DNA from: an uncultured Muribaculaceae bacterium
GTDB lineage: Bacteria > Bacillota_I > Bacilli_A > RF39 > UBA660
Reading direction: 5' to 3'
DNA length: 64,000 nt
NCBI GenBank assembly: GCA_964493665.1
Contig: CAZBOZ010000002.1
Span: 1,207-65,206, forward strand
The notes below the pieces were generated by a model. That model saw only the letters and a list, made by a program, of their open reading frames with translations. It ran no database searches and was not told the DNA's origin. Numbering within the stretch: the first letter of the stretch is position 1; every line of letters begins with the position of its first letter. Position numbers and translations under genes: made by a program. This document shows, piece by piece, positions 26,539 to 38,214 of the stretch.

Positions 26539-27864
26539 TTATTCTCCTAACATACTTTTTATTTTAGCTGTCATATCAAAACAAACCATTGTATATATAT
26601 CACCTTTAGTAGTTTTTAAAGCTTTCTTTAAATCATTTACATCATCTAAAATAATCATTTTATCTTTAGGAATATTTGCATAAGCAAGTCTAGTTGCTAC
26701 ATCATATCTAAATCTTCCTATAACAATTATTTTATCAATATTAGGATTATTTATTTTTTCAAATTCTACATCATATAACCAGGATAAATCGTTATGTTTA
26801 TATCTTCTAGAAACATTGTCAAATCCTAAGATAATAGTTTTTTTACCATCTAACTGGTTAATATATTCTAAAGATTGATAATAAGATAAGGCATTTTCAT
26901 TTTTGCTTTCTAACATTGTTAAATTTCTATCATCAATTTTATATATATGACCCCTTTTAGATTTAATAGGATCAATATTAAATGACTCATTAATAATTTC
27001 ATCACTTATACCAATGGTTTTAAGTAAAGCATAAGCTCCAGTAGTAGCATAAGCTGCATATAGCATATCTTTATTTAATTTTATGGTTTGATTATTTATT
27101 TTAATTGTCTTTTTAGTTAAATCTAAATTAGCACCTTCATAATCAACTTTTCCTCTTTTAAAATCATTACTAGGACACTTATAACTACCTATATGGCCAT
27201 AATGATAATAATCATATATTAATTTTTTATGACATAATGGGCAATAAGCATTATCAATTGAATTAATAGTAGGTTTTAAATAAGAATATTTAGTTTTAGT
27301 TATTCCATAAGTAGTTATTTTATCTTTATATGTAGTAGTAATTTTATTTACCATAGGATCATCAGCATTAATTATTAAGTGAGTCTTTTCTTTAATAGCA
27401 TTAAATATTTTATTATAAATAAATTCAGGAGTTTTATTTCTAGCTGGTTGATCTCTAGTAATATTAGTAACTACTAGATGAGTCAGAGTAGGTTTTGTGA
27501 AAGCTAAATGGATATGACTTTCATCTAATTCTATTAATAAAACATCTTTTTTAGGTTTTTTCTTAAATAAACTAACACTATTTAATATCAAAGTAGTAAT
27601 AGCATATATACCATTAGATCCACTTTTATTACAAGCAACAGAATAACCAGCTTTTAATAGGGTATGTTCTATTAACTCAATAGTACTTCCTTTACCGCTT
27701 GATCCAGTAACTCCAATTACATATTTTGGATAACTTACTTTAGTAAGAATTTTAGGATCAGCATCATATGCTAGTTTGCCCGGAAATACACTGGCTTTTC
27801 TCCCTAGGATTTTACCAGCCATACTAACAGTTTTAGTTATAAATATTAAAAAAGTCGTTTTCAT
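26539..27864 (-). CDS. murT: Lipid II isoglutaminyl synthase MurT (Mur ligase family with C-terminal DUF1727 and Cys4 ribbon)
   Basis: Mur ligase P-loop GVTGSSGKGST and Cys cluster CPLCHKKL...YKCP. 441 aa. Confidence 0.8.
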   Translation of the reverse strand: MKTTFLIFITKTVSMAGKILGRKASVFPGKLAYDADPKILTKVSYPKYVIGVTGSSGKGSTIELIEHTLLKAGYSVACNKSGSNGIYAITTLILNSVSLFKKKPKKDVLLIELDESHIHLAFTKPTLTHLVVTNITRDQPARNKTPEFIYNKIFNAIKEKTHLIINADDPMVNKITTTYKDKITTYGITKTKYSYLKPTINSIDNAYCPLCHKKLIYDYYHYGHIGSYKCPSNDFKRGKVDYEGANLDLTKKTIKINNQTIKLNKDMLYAAYATTGAYALLKTIGISDEIINESFNIDPIKSKRGHIYKIDDRNLTMLESKNENALSYYQSLEYINQLDGKKTIILGFDNVSRRYKHNDLSWLYDVEFEKINNPNIDKIIVIGRFRYDVATRLAYANIPKDKMIILDDVNDLKKALKTTKGDIYTMVCFDMTAKIKSMLGE

Positions 27865-28065
27865 CTTATCACCAAGTTAATTATATCAAAAATAAATTCT
27901 TTTTAAATAAAAAAAGCTTGATAGAATGGCTTTTTTTTGATACTATAGGTTTGGTTTATAAAACCAAATACACACGAATGTTGATTTAATTGACTAGTGT
28001 CTTAATATAAGATGTTAATTAAAGAAGATACGTTCGGCGGCTTAAAACGAAAGGGATGATTTAAG

Positions 28066-29052
28066 ATGGCTGTAGTTTCTATGAGTTTTTTACTAGAAGC
28101 TGGTGTTCATTTTGGGCATCAAACAAAAAGATGGAACCCAAAAATGAAAGACTATATTTTCACGGCAAGGGATGATATTTATATTATTGACTTGCAAAAA
28201 ACTTCAGAGCTAATTGAAGAAGCTTATGAAGAATTAAAAACAATTGCGACAAATAATGGTACGCTTTTGTTTGTAGGAACCAAAAAACAAGCTGGTGAGG
28301 CAGTAAAGGAAGAGGCTTTAAGAAGTCAAAGTTATTACGTAACTGAAAGATGGTTAGGTGGTACTTTAACTAATTTTAGAACTATTAGAAGAAGAGTCAA
28401 AAGGCTAGAAGAAATTGAAACAATGGAAAAAGAAGGTATATTCGAAATGCTTCCTAAAAAAGAAGTAGTAAAATTAAGAAAAGAATATGCTAAATTAGAT
28501 AGAGTTTTAAGTGGTATTAGAGAAATGTATAAATTACCACAAGCTTTAATAATTGTAGATCCTAAAAAGGAAATTAGTGCTATTAAAGAAGCTAGAAAAT
28601 TAAATATACCAGTAATTGGGATTGTTGATACTAATGGTGATCCAGATGATGTTGATTTTGTAATACCTGGTAATGATGATGCTGTCCGTTCTATAAAATT
28701 AATTTTAGGAGTTTTATCTAACGCTATATGTGAAGTTAAGAACTTAGAAGTAATTGATTATGTAACAGAAGTAGAAAAAACTAAAAAACCAGAAAAAGTT
28801 GATTTAGATAAAGCTTTAGAAGGCCAAGAAATACCTGTTAAGGATTATGTAAGACCAGAAAAAGAAGCAAAACCTAAAAAAGAAGAATTAACTGAAAAAT
28901 TAGAAAAAGAATTAGTTAAAAAAGAAATTAAAATAGATTATGAAACTATGACTTTAACAGCTTTAAAAGCATTAGCTAAAGAAGCTGGATTAAAAGGTTA
29001 TAGCACTTTGAAAAAAGAAGAATTAATTCAATTAATTAAGAATAATAAATAG
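28066..29052 (+). CDS. rpsB: 30S ribosomal protein S2 with a ~90-aa K/E-rich C-terminal extension ending in a Rho_N/SAP-like helix-hairpin motif
   Basis: N-terminus [27 protein letters not shown] is canonical S2. The extension ...[31 protein letters not shown] resembles the Rho N-terminal / SAP motif. Confidence 0.9.
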   Translation: MAVVSMSFLLEAGVHFGHQTKRWNPKMKDYIFTARDDIYIIDLQKTSELIEEAYEELKTIATNNGTLLFVGTKKQAGEAVKEEALRSQSYYVTERWLGGTLTNFRTIRRRVKRLEEIETMEKEGIFEMLPKKEVVKLRKEYAKLDRVLSGIREMYKLPQALIIVDPKKEISAIKEARKLNIPVIGIVDTNGDPDDVDFVIPGNDDAVRSIKLILGVLSNAICEVKNLEVIDYVTEVEKTKKPEKVDLDKALEGQEIPVKDYVRPEKEAKPKKEELTEKLEKELVKKEIKIDYETMTLTALKALAKEAGLKGYSTLKKEELIQLIKNNK

Positions 29053-29063
29053 AAGGGATAATT

Positions 29064-29939
29064 ATGATAAGTGCAAATTTAGTAAAAGAGCTTAGAGAAA
29101 AATCTGGAGCTGGAATGATGGATTGCAAAGCAGCTTTAGAGGAAACTAAAGGCGATATTGAAAAAGCTTTAGATTATCTAAGAGAAAAAGGGATTGCAAA
29201 AGCCACTAAGAAAGCAAGTAGAATTGCTTCTGAAGGATTAGCAAATATCTATGTAGATGGTAACAAAGCAGTTATATTAGAAGTTAATTCAGAAACTGAC
29301 TTTGTAAGTCAAAATGATGAATTCAAGAGTATGATAGATGAAATTGGTAAAGCTTTATTAACAAGTGATGCCAAAACAATGGAAGAAGCTAACGCAGTAA
29401 AAGCTGGAGACCAAACTATTGGCGAACTTATAATAGATAAAATAACTAAGATTGGTGAAAAGTTATCATTTAGAAGATTTGAAATAGTAACTAAAAGTGA
29501 TGAAGAAGTCTTTGGACCTTATCTTCACTTAGGTGGTAGAATTGCTACATTAATAGTATTAAAAGGAGCTAATGAAGGTGTTGCTAAAGATGTAGCAATG
29601 CAAGCAGCAGCTATGAAACCAACTTATTTGTTTTCTAAAGATGTTCCACAAGATGAAATAGCTAGAGAAAAAGAAGTATTAAAAGAACAAGCTGTTAATG
29701 AAGGTAAACCTGCTGATATAGCTGAAAAGATGGTAGAGGGTAGAATTAAAAAATACTACCAAGAAGTTTGTTTAGCAGATCAAGCATTTATTAAAGATAA
29801 CAGTATTGATATAAAAACATATGTAACTAACAATGGTGGAGAATTAGTAAGTATGATTCGTTATGAAGTAGGAGAAGGATTAGAAAAAAGAAGTGAAAAC
29901 TTTGCTGAAGAAGTAATGAATCAAATCAATAAAGGATAA
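29064..29939 (+). CDS. tsf: Elongation factor Ts
   Basis: ISANLVKELREKSGAGMMDCKAALEETKGDIEKALDYLREKG (UBA-like N-terminus). 291 aa, downstream of rpsB. Confidence 0.9.
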   Translation: MISANLVKELREKSGAGMMDCKAALEETKGDIEKALDYLREKGIAKATKKASRIASEGLANIYVDGNKAVILEVNSETDFVSQNDEFKSMIDEIGKALLTSDAKTMEEANAVKAGDQTIGELIIDKITKIGEKLSFRRFEIVTKSDEEVFGPYLHLGGRIATLIVLKGANEGVAKDVAMQAAAMKPTYLFSKDVPQDEIAREKEVLKEQAVNEGKPADIAEKMVEGRIKKYYQEVCLADQAFIKDNSIDIKTYVTNNGGELVSMIRYEVGEGLEKRSENFAEEVMNQINKG

Positions 29940-29949
29940 GGAGCTATTA

Positions 29950-30078
29950 ATGAAAGAAAAACTAAAAAAGAAATTTGTTATCAAAGATAAAAAAAGATTT
30001 ATCATTGGACTTATTAAAATTATTTTAGGAATTCTATTAGCAGCAGCATTTATATTTATTGGATTAGCAAATTCTTAA
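29950..30078 (+). CDS. Putative small membrane peptide (42 aa; MKEKLKKKFVIKDKKRFIIGLIKIILGILLAAAFIFIGLANS)
   Basis: ATG 8 nt after RBS aaggag. One predicted TM helix. Followed by terminator aaagtgt-tttag-acacttt plus T-run at about 30087-30110. Below the ORF-track length cutoff. Confidence 0.3.
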   Translation: MKEKLKKKFVIKDKKRFIIGLIKIILGILLAAAFIFIGLANS

Positions 30079-30143
30079 AAAAGAAAAAGTGTTTTAGACA
30101 CTTTTTTTATTTATTAAATTAATATATAATAGAAAAAAGGAAG

Positions 30144-31358
30144 GTGGGTATTATGGATAAAAAAATATCAAATGCTTTAAAGAAAGAAAGGGCAAGACAA
30201 AGAAACACAATAATGCTAATAGCTAGTGAAAATTATGTATCAAAAGATGTTTTACGCTTATTAGGATCAGAATTCACTAATAAATATGCTGAAGGATATC
30301 CAGGCCACAGATATTATGCTGGATGTCAAAATGTTGATATAGTAGAAAATTTAGCCATAGAATATTTATGCCAATTATTTAACTGCCAATATGCTAATGT
30401 TCAACCACATAGCGGTAGCAGTGCTAATATGGCGGCTACAAGAGCTTTAATTAATCATGGTGATAAAATTTTGAGCATGAAGTTATCTGATGGTGGTCAT
30501 TTAACCCACGGTCATAAAATAAATTATAGTGGTAAAGACTATGAAATAGTAAATTATGCTGTTAATGAAGATGGTTTTATTAATTACGAAGAATTAGAAA
30601 AAATTGCTAAAAAAGAAAAACCAAGCCTAATAATAGCTGGAGCTAGTGCTTATTCAAGAATTATAGATTTTAAAAGATTTGGCGAAATAGCTAAAAAAGT
30701 AGGAGCTTATTTAATGGTCGATATAGCTCATATAGCAGGCCTTGTAGCAACTAACTTGCATCCATCACCATTCCCTTATGCGGATGTAGTTACATCTACT
30801 ACTCATAAGACATTAAGAGGTCCAAGAGGTGGTTTAATCTTAACTAACAATGAAGAATTAATTACTAAAATTAATAAAGTAGTATTTCCAGGTATTCAAG
30901 GTGGACCTCTAATGAATACTATCGCGGCCAAAGCCCAGTGCTTTTACGAAGCTTTACAGCCGGATTTTTATGATTATCAGTTACAAATATTAAAAAATGC
31001 CAAAGCTTTAAGTGAAGAATTAGCAAGATTAGGGTTTAGAATAATAACGGGAGGAACTGATAATCATTTAATGCTAGTTGATGTAAAAACATCTTGTGGT
31101 TTAACTGGGCAAGAAGCTGAGGATATATTAACTTCTGTTAATATTATTTGTAACAAAAATGCTATCCCTTTTGATGAAGAACCACCATCAAGAGCGAGTG
31201 GAATTAGGCTAGGGACACCAGCCATGACTACCATGGGGTTTAAAGAAGAAGAATTTAAAGAAGTAGCTTATCTAATATCAGATGCGTTATATCAAAGAGC
31301 AACTAAAAAAGAAATTAAGGAAGAAGTAAATAAAATATTAAAAAAGACATTAAAATAA
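30144..31358 (+). CDS. glyA: Serine hydroxymethyltransferase
   Basis: [12 protein letters not shown] site [14 protein letters not shown]. 404 aa. Confidence 0.9.
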   Translation: MGIMDKKISNALKKERARQRNTIMLIASENYVSKDVLRLLGSEFTNKYAEGYPGHRYYAGCQNVDIVENLAIEYLCQLFNCQYANVQPHSGSSANMAATRALINHGDKILSMKLSDGGHLTHGHKINYSGKDYEIVNYAVNEDGFINYEELEKIAKKEKPSLIIAGASAYSRIIDFKRFGEIAKKVGAYLMVDIAHIAGLVATNLHPSPFPYADVVTSTTHKTLRGPRGGLILTNNEELITKINKVVFPGIQGGPLMNTIAAKAQCFYEALQPDFYDYQLQILKNAKALSEELARLGFRIITGGTDNHLMLVDVKTSCGLTGQEAEDILTSVNIICNKNAIPFDEEPPSRASGIRLGTPAMTTMGFKEEEFKEVAYLISDALYQRATKKEIKEEVNKILKKTLK

Positions 31359-31709
31359 TGTTTTTTTTATAACTTCTTTAGTACAATCCATATAAGCTCT
31401 ATAAAGGCCGCCAGTCCCAAGTTTAATACCACCAAAGTATCTTACAACAACAATTAAACAGTTATTAAGACTGTTTTTTTCTATGATATTTAATATAGGA
31501 ATTCCTGCTGTATTTGTGGGCTCTTTATCATCGCTTTTCTTGACTAAGTTATCTATTTTATAAGCGTATGGAAGATGTTTTGCTTTTTTATGTTCTTTTT
31601 TTAAATTAGTAAGTATATCTTTTATTTCTAAAACATCATTTACTTCATAATAATAAGCTATAAATTTAGATTTTTTTACTTCTAAAGTAATATTGTTTAA
31701 TAAATTCAT
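31350..31709 (-). CDS. IMPACT/YigZ-family N-terminal domain protein (UPF0029), short form
   Basis: [22 protein letters not shown] matches the IMPACT signature. The start is set at the internal ATG 31709 ([11 protein letters not shown]...), preceded on the minus strand by SD ggtga. The upstream part of the track ORF is a hydrophobic, low-complexity stretch. Confidence 0.65.
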   Translation of the reverse strand: MNLLNNITLEVKKSKFIAYYYEVNDVLEIKDILTNLKKEHKKAKHLPYAYKIDNLVKKSDDKEPTNTAGIPILNIIEKNSLNNCLIVVVRYFGGIKLGTGGLYRAYMDCTKEVIKKTLF

Positions 31710-31809
31710 TATTATCACCAATTTAATTATAATAAAAATAGTTTTAATAATATAGTATAATATTAGAGATAGATGAAATAAAACATATTTCATTAGGAAG
31801 TGTTATATT

Positions 31810-32382
31810 ATGATAGGCAATGATTATAAAATAATAAAAGCCAGTGATATAAAAGATTGGAATGAACAAGCCAGTCCTATTTTAAAAAAATCAATAGTAA
31901 TGGATTATGAAGAAATAGGTGACATGAGTGAGAAAGATGAAGGAACTTATCGCCAATGGCTAAAAATATATTTGAAAGATCCGAACTTTATATATTTATT
32001 ATATTTCCAAAATGAGTTTGTTGGCTATTTACATTGTGTGATCCTTACAGATGAGGCTAGCAAAAAAATGTTGTCTGGGCAAATGCAAGATAGTGATCTA
32101 AGAAGTAAACATATAATTTATCCATATAAACTCGGTCATTATAATCTTTATTGTGTATGTATTTGTATGAAAAAAGAACATCAAAATAAAGGCCTAGGGA
32201 CTATTTTATTCAATGCCTTAATGTTAGATATTAATAAATTAAAAGATGATAACATTGTAATAGATAGCATTATTGCTGATGCCTATCCTAGATATGGTAA
32301 AAAGTTTTTTAAAAAGCATGGCTTTATATTTACTGATATTAATGTGGGGTATGGAGAAATAGCTTTTAAGAAATTAAATTGA
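31810..32382 (+). CDS. GNAT-family N-acetyltransferase (putative)
   Basis: Motif-A-like HQNKGLGTILFNAL and a C-terminal KKHGF. Weak but consistent. Confidence 0.45.
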   Translation: MIGNDYKIIKASDIKDWNEQASPILKKSIVMDYEEIGDMSEKDEGTYRQWLKIYLKDPNFIYLLYFQNEFVGYLHCVILTDEASKKMLSGQMQDSDLRSKHIIYPYKLGHYNLYCVCICMKKEHQNKGLGTILFNALMLDINKLKDDNIVIDSIIADAYPRYGKKFFKKHGFIFTDINVGYGEIAFKKLN

Positions 32383-32412
32383 ATATGATATAATTAGTTT
32401 AGGAGTGAGTTT

Positions 32413-33441
32413 ATGAGAAAGATAATTTTAATTTTTTTTGCAATATTATTAATAACAGGTTGTAGTACCAAAAACAAAGCAGCAGATAATAATTTAAATG
32501 AAGAAAGTTTAAATTCTTCACAAGTTTCAGAAGGAGTAAATTTAGACGATTTAGGAAATATTATTAATGGTCAGTACTATTTTGATTCTGGAGAAAATAT
32601 CTATTATTCTTCTTTTGATGAAAGTGGTAGTGCTCATATATATATGGTTAGTAATGGGGTTACTAAAAAGATATTTAATGGCTTTGGTTGGTCTTTTGCA
32701 ATAAATGGCGACTATTTATATTTTTCTGGTAATGAAGGCACTAGAATAGATGGTACATATAATTTATTTAAAATGAAATTAGATGGCAGTAGTTATGAAA
32801 AGATAAATGATGAATATTGCTTTAATATGAATTTTTATAAAGACTGGCTATATTATGTAAAAGCTGATGGAACTGTTTACTCTCTTTATAGATCTGATCT
32901 AGATGGTCAAAATGAAATAAAAGTAGTACAGTCTGGTAGTTATATGGGAATTGTTTATGAAGATATGCTTTATTATTTAAGTGATAATTCTATTTATAAG
33001 GCTAATCCAGACGGTTCTAATTCGGAATTATTAATACCTTCTGTAGCTCAATTTATAATTGGTATGGGTAAATTTATTTATACTGATACTAGTTATAATA
33101 TAAAAACTAGTGATATTGATGGCTCTAAACAAGAAGTTATTAAATATAGTGAAGGCAATATAATAGCAAGAATAAATTCATATAAAGACACTGTCTTCTA
33201 TGTAATCGGTAGTACATCACCAACTAGTGGATATTCTTATTCTTATACACTGTATAGTATTGATTTAGATGGAACTGACAATAAAACTGTTTATAGCAGT
33301 ACTTCATACGGATATTATATAAATATTGTAAATGATAAGGTATATGCCTTAGATTATAATGCTGGTACTTCTGGTAATTTTGAAGCTATTATTAAATCTA
33401 TGAATTTAGATGGTTCTAATTTCCAAGTATTATATAGATAG
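32413..33441 (+). CDS. Lipoprotein with DUF5050-type beta-propeller repeats
   Basis: Lipobox LITGC^S. Six or more repeats of the pattern Y(Y/F)x..D..IYx...DGS. Confidence 0.6.
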   Translation: MRKIILIFFAILLITGCSTKNKAADNNLNEESLNSSQVSEGVNLDDLGNIINGQYYFDSGENIYYSSFDESGSAHIYMVSNGVTKKIFNGFGWSFAINGDYLYFSGNEGTRIDGTYNLFKMKLDGSSYEKINDEYCFNMNFYKDWLYYVKADGTVYSLYRSDLDGQNEIKVVQSGSYMGIVYEDMLYYLSDNSIYKANPDGSNSELLIPSVAQFIIGMGKFIYTDTSYNIKTSDIDGSKQEVIKYSEGNIIARINSYKDTVFYVIGSTSPTSGYSYSYTLYSIDLDGTDNKTVYSSTSYGYYINIVNDKVYALDYNAGTSGNFEAIIKSMNLDGSNFQVLYR

Positions 33442-33515
33442 ATATTTAAATAAAAAATCACTAATAAGTGATTTTTTTATATGATATAGTATAATATTAT
33501 TTGTTGGTGAATAAT

Positions 33516-35276
33516 ATGTTTAAAGAAAAATTAAATTTAATACCACATTTACCGGGTAGTTATCAAATGAAAAATAAAATAGGGACTATAATTTATGTTG
33601 GTAAAGCCAAAGACTTACATAATAGAGTATCTAGTTATTTTAATGATAAACAAACTGGTAAAACAGCCAAAATGGTCAGTGAAATAGATGATTTTTCTTA
33701 TATTGTTACAAACTCTGAACTAGAAGCTTTTATATTAGAACTTAATTTAATTAAAAAGTATGATCCTAAGTATAATATTTTACTTAAAGATGATAAAACT
33801 TATCCTTATATTGAATTAATTAAAAAACCATATCCAATATTAAAAGTATCTAGATATTTAAAAGTAAAGAAAAATAAGAACAATGAATTATTTGGACCTT
33901 TCCAAAACGTCTATGCTGCTAGAAGAATGGTTAAACTTTTAAATAGATTATATCCTTTAAAAAAATGTTCTAGTAATCCTAAAGAACTTTGCTTATACTA
34001 TCATATTGGTGAATGTCTTGGTTATTGTGTTAATAAAATAAGTGAAGAAGTTATAAACAAAATGATTGGAGAAATTAGTAACTTTTTAAAGGGGGATGAT
34101 ACTTTAATAAAAGAAAAGATTTTAGAAAAAATAGATTTTCATAGTACTAATTTAAATTATGAAGTGGCTAAAGAATTAAAAGAAGAATTAGATTATATGA
34201 ATGTTATTTTATCTAAACAAAGAGTAGAAGTATTAAATATTAAGGATATGGATGTAATTAATTACTATTTTGATAAAGGCTATATAAGCATTCAGATATT
34301 CTTTATTAGAAACTCTAAAATAGTAGGTAGTTATAATGATATATTTCCAGTTATTAATGACGATGTATCTGACACTGAATCATTTATTGCAATGTTTTAT
34401 GAAAAACACGAAATACCAAATACTATTTTAATTAATCCTAAATTAAATGATGAAATACTAAGTAATGTTTTAAGCACTAAGTTTATAAAAGCTATTAAGG
34501 GTGAAAAGAAAAAACTATTAGACATGGTAATGAACAATGCTAAGATAAATCTTCGTAATAAATTTGAACTAATTAAAAAAGATGAAAATAAAACTGAACT
34601 TGCTAATGAAGAATTAAGAAAATTATTAAATTTAGATATACTAGATCGAATTGATGTTTTTGATAACTCTAATTTATTTGGTAATTATTCAGTTAGTGGC
34701 ATGGTAGTTTATAAGAATGGGTATCCTGCTAAAAAAGAATATCGTAAATATAAAATATGCCTAGAAAAACCAGATGATTATAATATTATGAAAGAAGTAA
34801 TATATCGAAGATATTATAAAGCTTTATTAGAGAAACTAGAATTACCAGATTTAATTATTGTAGATGGCTCCACTAATCAAATAAATGCTTGTAAAGATAT
34901 ACTAAATAGTCTCCATTTAAATATTAAAGTATGTGGACTTAGAAAAAATGACAAGCATAAAACTAGTGATCTAGTAGATGGTGATACTTTAGAAAGTGTA
35001 TATATAAAAAAGGATAGTAATTTATTTTACTTTCTAACTAATATTCAAGATGAAGTTCATCGCTTTACCATTAACTATCATCGAGATATTAGAAGTAAAG
35101 GAAGTATCAGCAGTATATTAGACGAAATACCAGGGATAGGGGCAAAAAGAAAAAAAGAACTATTAAAAAAATATAGTAGTATAAGTAAAATGAAAGAAGC
35201 AAGTAATGAAGAACTATTAAAAATATTACCTGAAGAAGTTGCTAAAAATCTTAAAAATTACTTAAATAATTATTAA
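33516..35276 (+). CDS. uvrC: Excinuclease ABC subunit C
   Basis: GIY-YIG domain (GSYQMKNKIGTIIYVGKAKDLHNRVSSYF), UvrBC and RNaseH-like domains, and C-terminal (HhH)2. The track ORF starts at TTG 33501; ATG 33516 follows SD ggtga. Confidence 0.9.
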   Translation: MFKEKLNLIPHLPGSYQMKNKIGTIIYVGKAKDLHNRVSSYFNDKQTGKTAKMVSEIDDFSYIVTNSELEAFILELNLIKKYDPKYNILLKDDKTYPYIELIKKPYPILKVSRYLKVKKNKNNELFGPFQNVYAARRMVKLLNRLYPLKKCSSNPKELCLYYHIGECLGYCVNKISEEVINKMIGEISNFLKGDDTLIKEKILEKIDFHSTNLNYEVAKELKEELDYMNVILSKQRVEVLNIKDMDVINYYFDKGYISIQIFFIRNSKIVGSYNDIFPVINDDVSDTESFIAMFYEKHEIPNTILINPKLNDEILSNVLSTKFIKAIKGEKKKLLDMVMNNAKINLRNKFELIKKDENKTELANEELRKLLNLDILDRIDVFDNSNLFGNYSVSGMVVYKNGYPAKKEYRKYKICLEKPDDYNIMKEVIYRRYYKALLEKLELPDLIIVDGSTNQINACKDILNSLHLNIKVCGLRKNDKHKTSDLVDGDTLESVYIKKDSNLFYFLTNIQDEVHRFTINYHRDIRSKGSISSILDEIPGIGAKRKKELLKKYSSISKMKEASNEELLKILPEEVAKNLKNYLNNY

Positions 35277-35309
35277 AAAGCTATTTTTGTTAAAAAAAAT
35301 AGCTTTTTT
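35277..35309 (+). terminator. Rho-independent terminator after uvrC
   Basis: aaaagctattttt-g-ttaaaaaaaatagctttttt long A/T-rich hairpin plus T-run. Confidence 0.55.
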
Positions 35310-35380
35310 AGTAATAAATTCTTCTAAAAAAAAGGAAAATTGCTATAAAAAGCGTATATATATAATTAGAAGGTAAAAAA

Positions 35381-37117
35381 ATGAGTTATATTAACCAAGA
35401 AGAAATTAATAAAGTAAGAACTTCTGTAGATATAATTGACATCATTAGTAGTTATATTCCTTTAACTAAAAAGGGAAGAAATTTTTTTGGTGTCTGCCCA
35501 TTTCATGATGATCATAATCCTAGCATGAGTGTTAGTAGTGAAAAACAGATATATAAGTGTTTTACTTGTGGAGCTTCAGGAAACGTTTTCACTTTTGTTG
35601 AAAACTATGAAAATGTATCTTTTGGCGAAGCTGTAGAAATAGTGGCTAATAAATCAGGAATACCGCTTTCTACTAAGATATCTAGACCAAAAGAAAGCGA
35701 TAAGTATCAAAAATATTATGAAATAATGGATTTAGCATTAAAGTTCTATCAAAATAATTTAAAAACCAAAAGTGGGTTGGAAGCTAAAAAATATTTATCA
35801 GATAGAGGCTTTAGTGAAGAAGTTATTGATGATTTTCAAATAGGAGTTTCACTAGATGAAAAAGATTCTTTAAAGAAAGTTTTACTCAGTAAAGGCTACA
35901 ATGAAAAACTACTTATGGATTTAGGACTTCTAACAGATAATTCTTTTGATCAGCTAACTGGTAGAGTAATCATTCCTTTAGAAAGCCCTGAAGGGAAAAC
36001 CATTGGTTTTACTGGAAGAATATACCGTGGTGAGGATACAGCTAAATATGTTAATACTAGAGAAACAGTAATATTTAAAAAAGGAGAAACTTTATATAAT
36101 TACTTTCTAGCTAAAGATAGTATTAAAAGAGAACGAAGTGTCATCGTGGTAGAAGGCCAAATGGATGCCATAAGACTTTATAGTGAAGGCTTTAAAAATG
36201 TTGTGGCTACAGGAGGAACAAATCTTACTAAAGAACAAGTAATCTTGTTTAAGAAACTAAAAGCAAAAGTAATCCTTTGCTTAGACAATGATAAGCCTGG
36301 GTTTGAAGCAACATATAAAGTTGGTGAGGAACTTACTAGAAATAACGTTGAAGTGTTTGTAATAAGACTTAGCGATGCTAAAGATCCGGATGAATATATT
36401 AAAAAGTTTGGTAAAGAAGCTTTTGAAAATAATTTAAAAGCTTTAATTAAATTTTTTGATTTTAAAATAATATATTTTAAAAATAATAAGGACCTAAATA
36501 ACTCAGTCGATCTTGCTAAATATATAAATGAAATCTTGGAAACTTTAAAAGAAGAAAAAGATGAAATACTAAGAGAAATAACTTTACAGAAGATAAGCAA
36601 AGATTATTCAATAGATTTACATATTTTAAAAGACAAATTAGGTAAGATAGAAAAGCCAATGGTTGAAGAGAAGCCTAAAGAGGTAGAAATAAAGCCAAGA
36701 AAAGATAAATATCAACAAGCTTGCGAAAAATTGCTTTTTTATATGATGAATGATCGCTCATATATTAAAATGTATCAAAGACAATTAGGCTTTATACCAT
36801 TTGCAAATTATCGCAATATTGCTAATGACATTCTTTATTTCTATGATTTAAACAAAACAATAAATGTTGCTGACTTTATATCATTTGCTAGTAATAAAGC
36901 CGAAACTTATAAATTAGTTTTAAGCATAGTTAGTGAAAATGCTGAAACAGAGTTTTTAGAAAGTGAAATGGAATTATATATAAAAATAATAAAAGAATAT
37001 ATGGCAAAACAAGAAATAATTAAACTAAAAGAAAAAATGAAAAACGAATTAGACGTAAATAAAAAAGTAGAAATAGCTAGTAAGATAGCTAATTTAAAGA
37101 AGGAAGTAGAATTATGA
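35381..37117 (+). CDS. dnaG: DNA primase
   Basis: Zinc ribbon [13 protein letters not shown]...CFTCGASGN; Toprim EGQMDAI...DNDKPG. Confidence 0.9.
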   Translation: MSYINQEEINKVRTSVDIIDIISSYIPLTKKGRNFFGVCPFHDDHNPSMSVSSEKQIYKCFTCGASGNVFTFVENYENVSFGEAVEIVANKSGIPLSTKISRPKESDKYQKYYEIMDLALKFYQNNLKTKSGLEAKKYLSDRGFSEEVIDDFQIGVSLDEKDSLKKVLLSKGYNEKLLMDLGLLTDNSFDQLTGRVIIPLESPEGKTIGFTGRIYRGEDTAKYVNTRETVIFKKGETLYNYFLAKDSIKRERSVIVVEGQMDAIRLYSEGFKNVVATGGTNLTKEQVILFKKLKAKVILCLDNDKPGFEATYKVGEELTRNNVEVFVIRLSDAKDPDEYIKKFGKEAFENNLKALIKFFDFKIIYFKNNKDLNNSVDLAKYINEILETLKEEKDEILREITLQKISKDYSIDLHILKDKLGKIEKPMVEEKPKEVEIKPRKDKYQQACEKLLFYMMNDRSYIKMYQRQLGFIPFANYRNIANDILYFYDLNKTINVADFISFASNKAETYKLVLSIVSENAETEFLESEMELYIKIIKEYMAKQEIIKLKEKMKNELDVNKKVEIASKIANLKKEVEL

Positions 37118-38214
37118 TTAACAAAATTAAAACATTAGAAGAAAGAAAAACCGAATTATTAAAAAGAGGCAAAGAAAAAGGTTTTATAACTTTTGAAGAA
37201 TTAGCTCAAGCTATTAAAGGGTTAGATGTTGATAGTGATTCATTGGATGAACTATATAATTTCTTTGTTCAAAATGATATTAATGTAGTAGCTACTGATG
37301 AAGATGAAAGTGCTGAAGGAGATTCTAAAAAGGTAGATGATCATCCGCTTATTTTAGAAGATGAAGTAATTGCTAAAGACATTACTATTAATGATCCTGT
37401 TAGAATGTACTTAAAAGAAATAGGACGTATAAGTCTTCTTTCTAATGAAGAAGAAATGGATTTATCTGTAAGAGTAGCAAATGGGGATGAAATAGCCAAA
37501 GGTTTATTAGCAGAATCAAATCTTCGTTTAGTTGTTTCTATAGCTAAAAGATATGTTGGCAGAGGGCTTTTATTTCTTGATTTAATTCAAGAAGGCAATA
37601 TTGGTTTAATGAAAGCTGTTGAAAAGTTTGACTATGATAAGGGTTATAAATTTTCAACTTATGCTACTTGGTGGATAAGACAAGCTATAACAAGAGCTTT
37701 AGCAGACCAAGCAAGAACAATTAGAGTTCCAGTTCATATGGTTGAAACTATTAATAAAATGGCTCGTATTCAACGTCAAATGACTCTAGAATTAAATAGA
37801 GAACCATCAGAAGAAGAAATAGCTAAAAGAATGGGTATAACTGTTGAAAAAGTAAATGAAATTATTAAAATAAGTCAAGATCCAGTATCTTTAGAAACAC
37901 CAATTGGCGAAGAAGAAGATTCTCATTTAGGAGACTTTGTTCCTGATGAAAGAAATATGAGTCCAGAAGATTATGCTACCAATGAAATATTAAAAGAAGA
38001 AATAAAAAGTGTTTTACTTACTCTTCAAGAAAGAGAACAAGAAGTACTTGAACTTCGTTTTGGACTTATAGATGGAACTTGTCATACTCTAGAAGAAGTT
38101 GGTAAGAAATTTAATGTAACTAGAGAAAGAATACGTCAGATAGAAGCTAAAGCTTTAAGAAAACTTAGACATCCTTCTCGTGCTAAGAAGTTAAAGGACT
38201 TCTTAATTGATTAA
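37114..38214 (+). CDS. sigA: RNA polymerase sigma factor SigA (sigma-70)
   Basis: Regions 1.2-4.2 present ([19 protein letters not shown]..., [29 protein letters not shown]). Overlaps the dnaG stop. Confidence 0.9.
   Translation: MINKIKTLEERKTELLKRGKEKGFITFEELAQAIKGLDVDSDSLDELYNFFVQNDINVVATDEDESAEGDSKKVDDHPLILEDEVIAKDITINDPVRMYLKEIGRISLLSNEEEMDLSVRVANGDEIAKGLLAESNLRLVVSIAKRYVGRGLLFLDLIQEGNIGLMKAVEKFDYDKGYKFSTYATWWIRQAITRALADQARTIRVPVHMVETINKMARIQRQMTLELNREPSEEEIAKRMGITVEKVNEIIKISQDPVSLETPIGEEEDSHLGDFVPDERNMSPEDYATNEILKEEIKSVLLTLQEREQEVLELRFGLIDGTCHTLEEVGKKFNVTRERIRQIEAKALRKLRHPSRAKKLKDFLID

Noticed and set aside
27865-28065. 200-bp murT / rpsB divergent intergenic region as a possible structured rpsB leader
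   Set aside because: It contains plausible divergent promoters (TTGATT/TTGACT ... TAATAT) but no clear conserved structure that I can support without covariation data.
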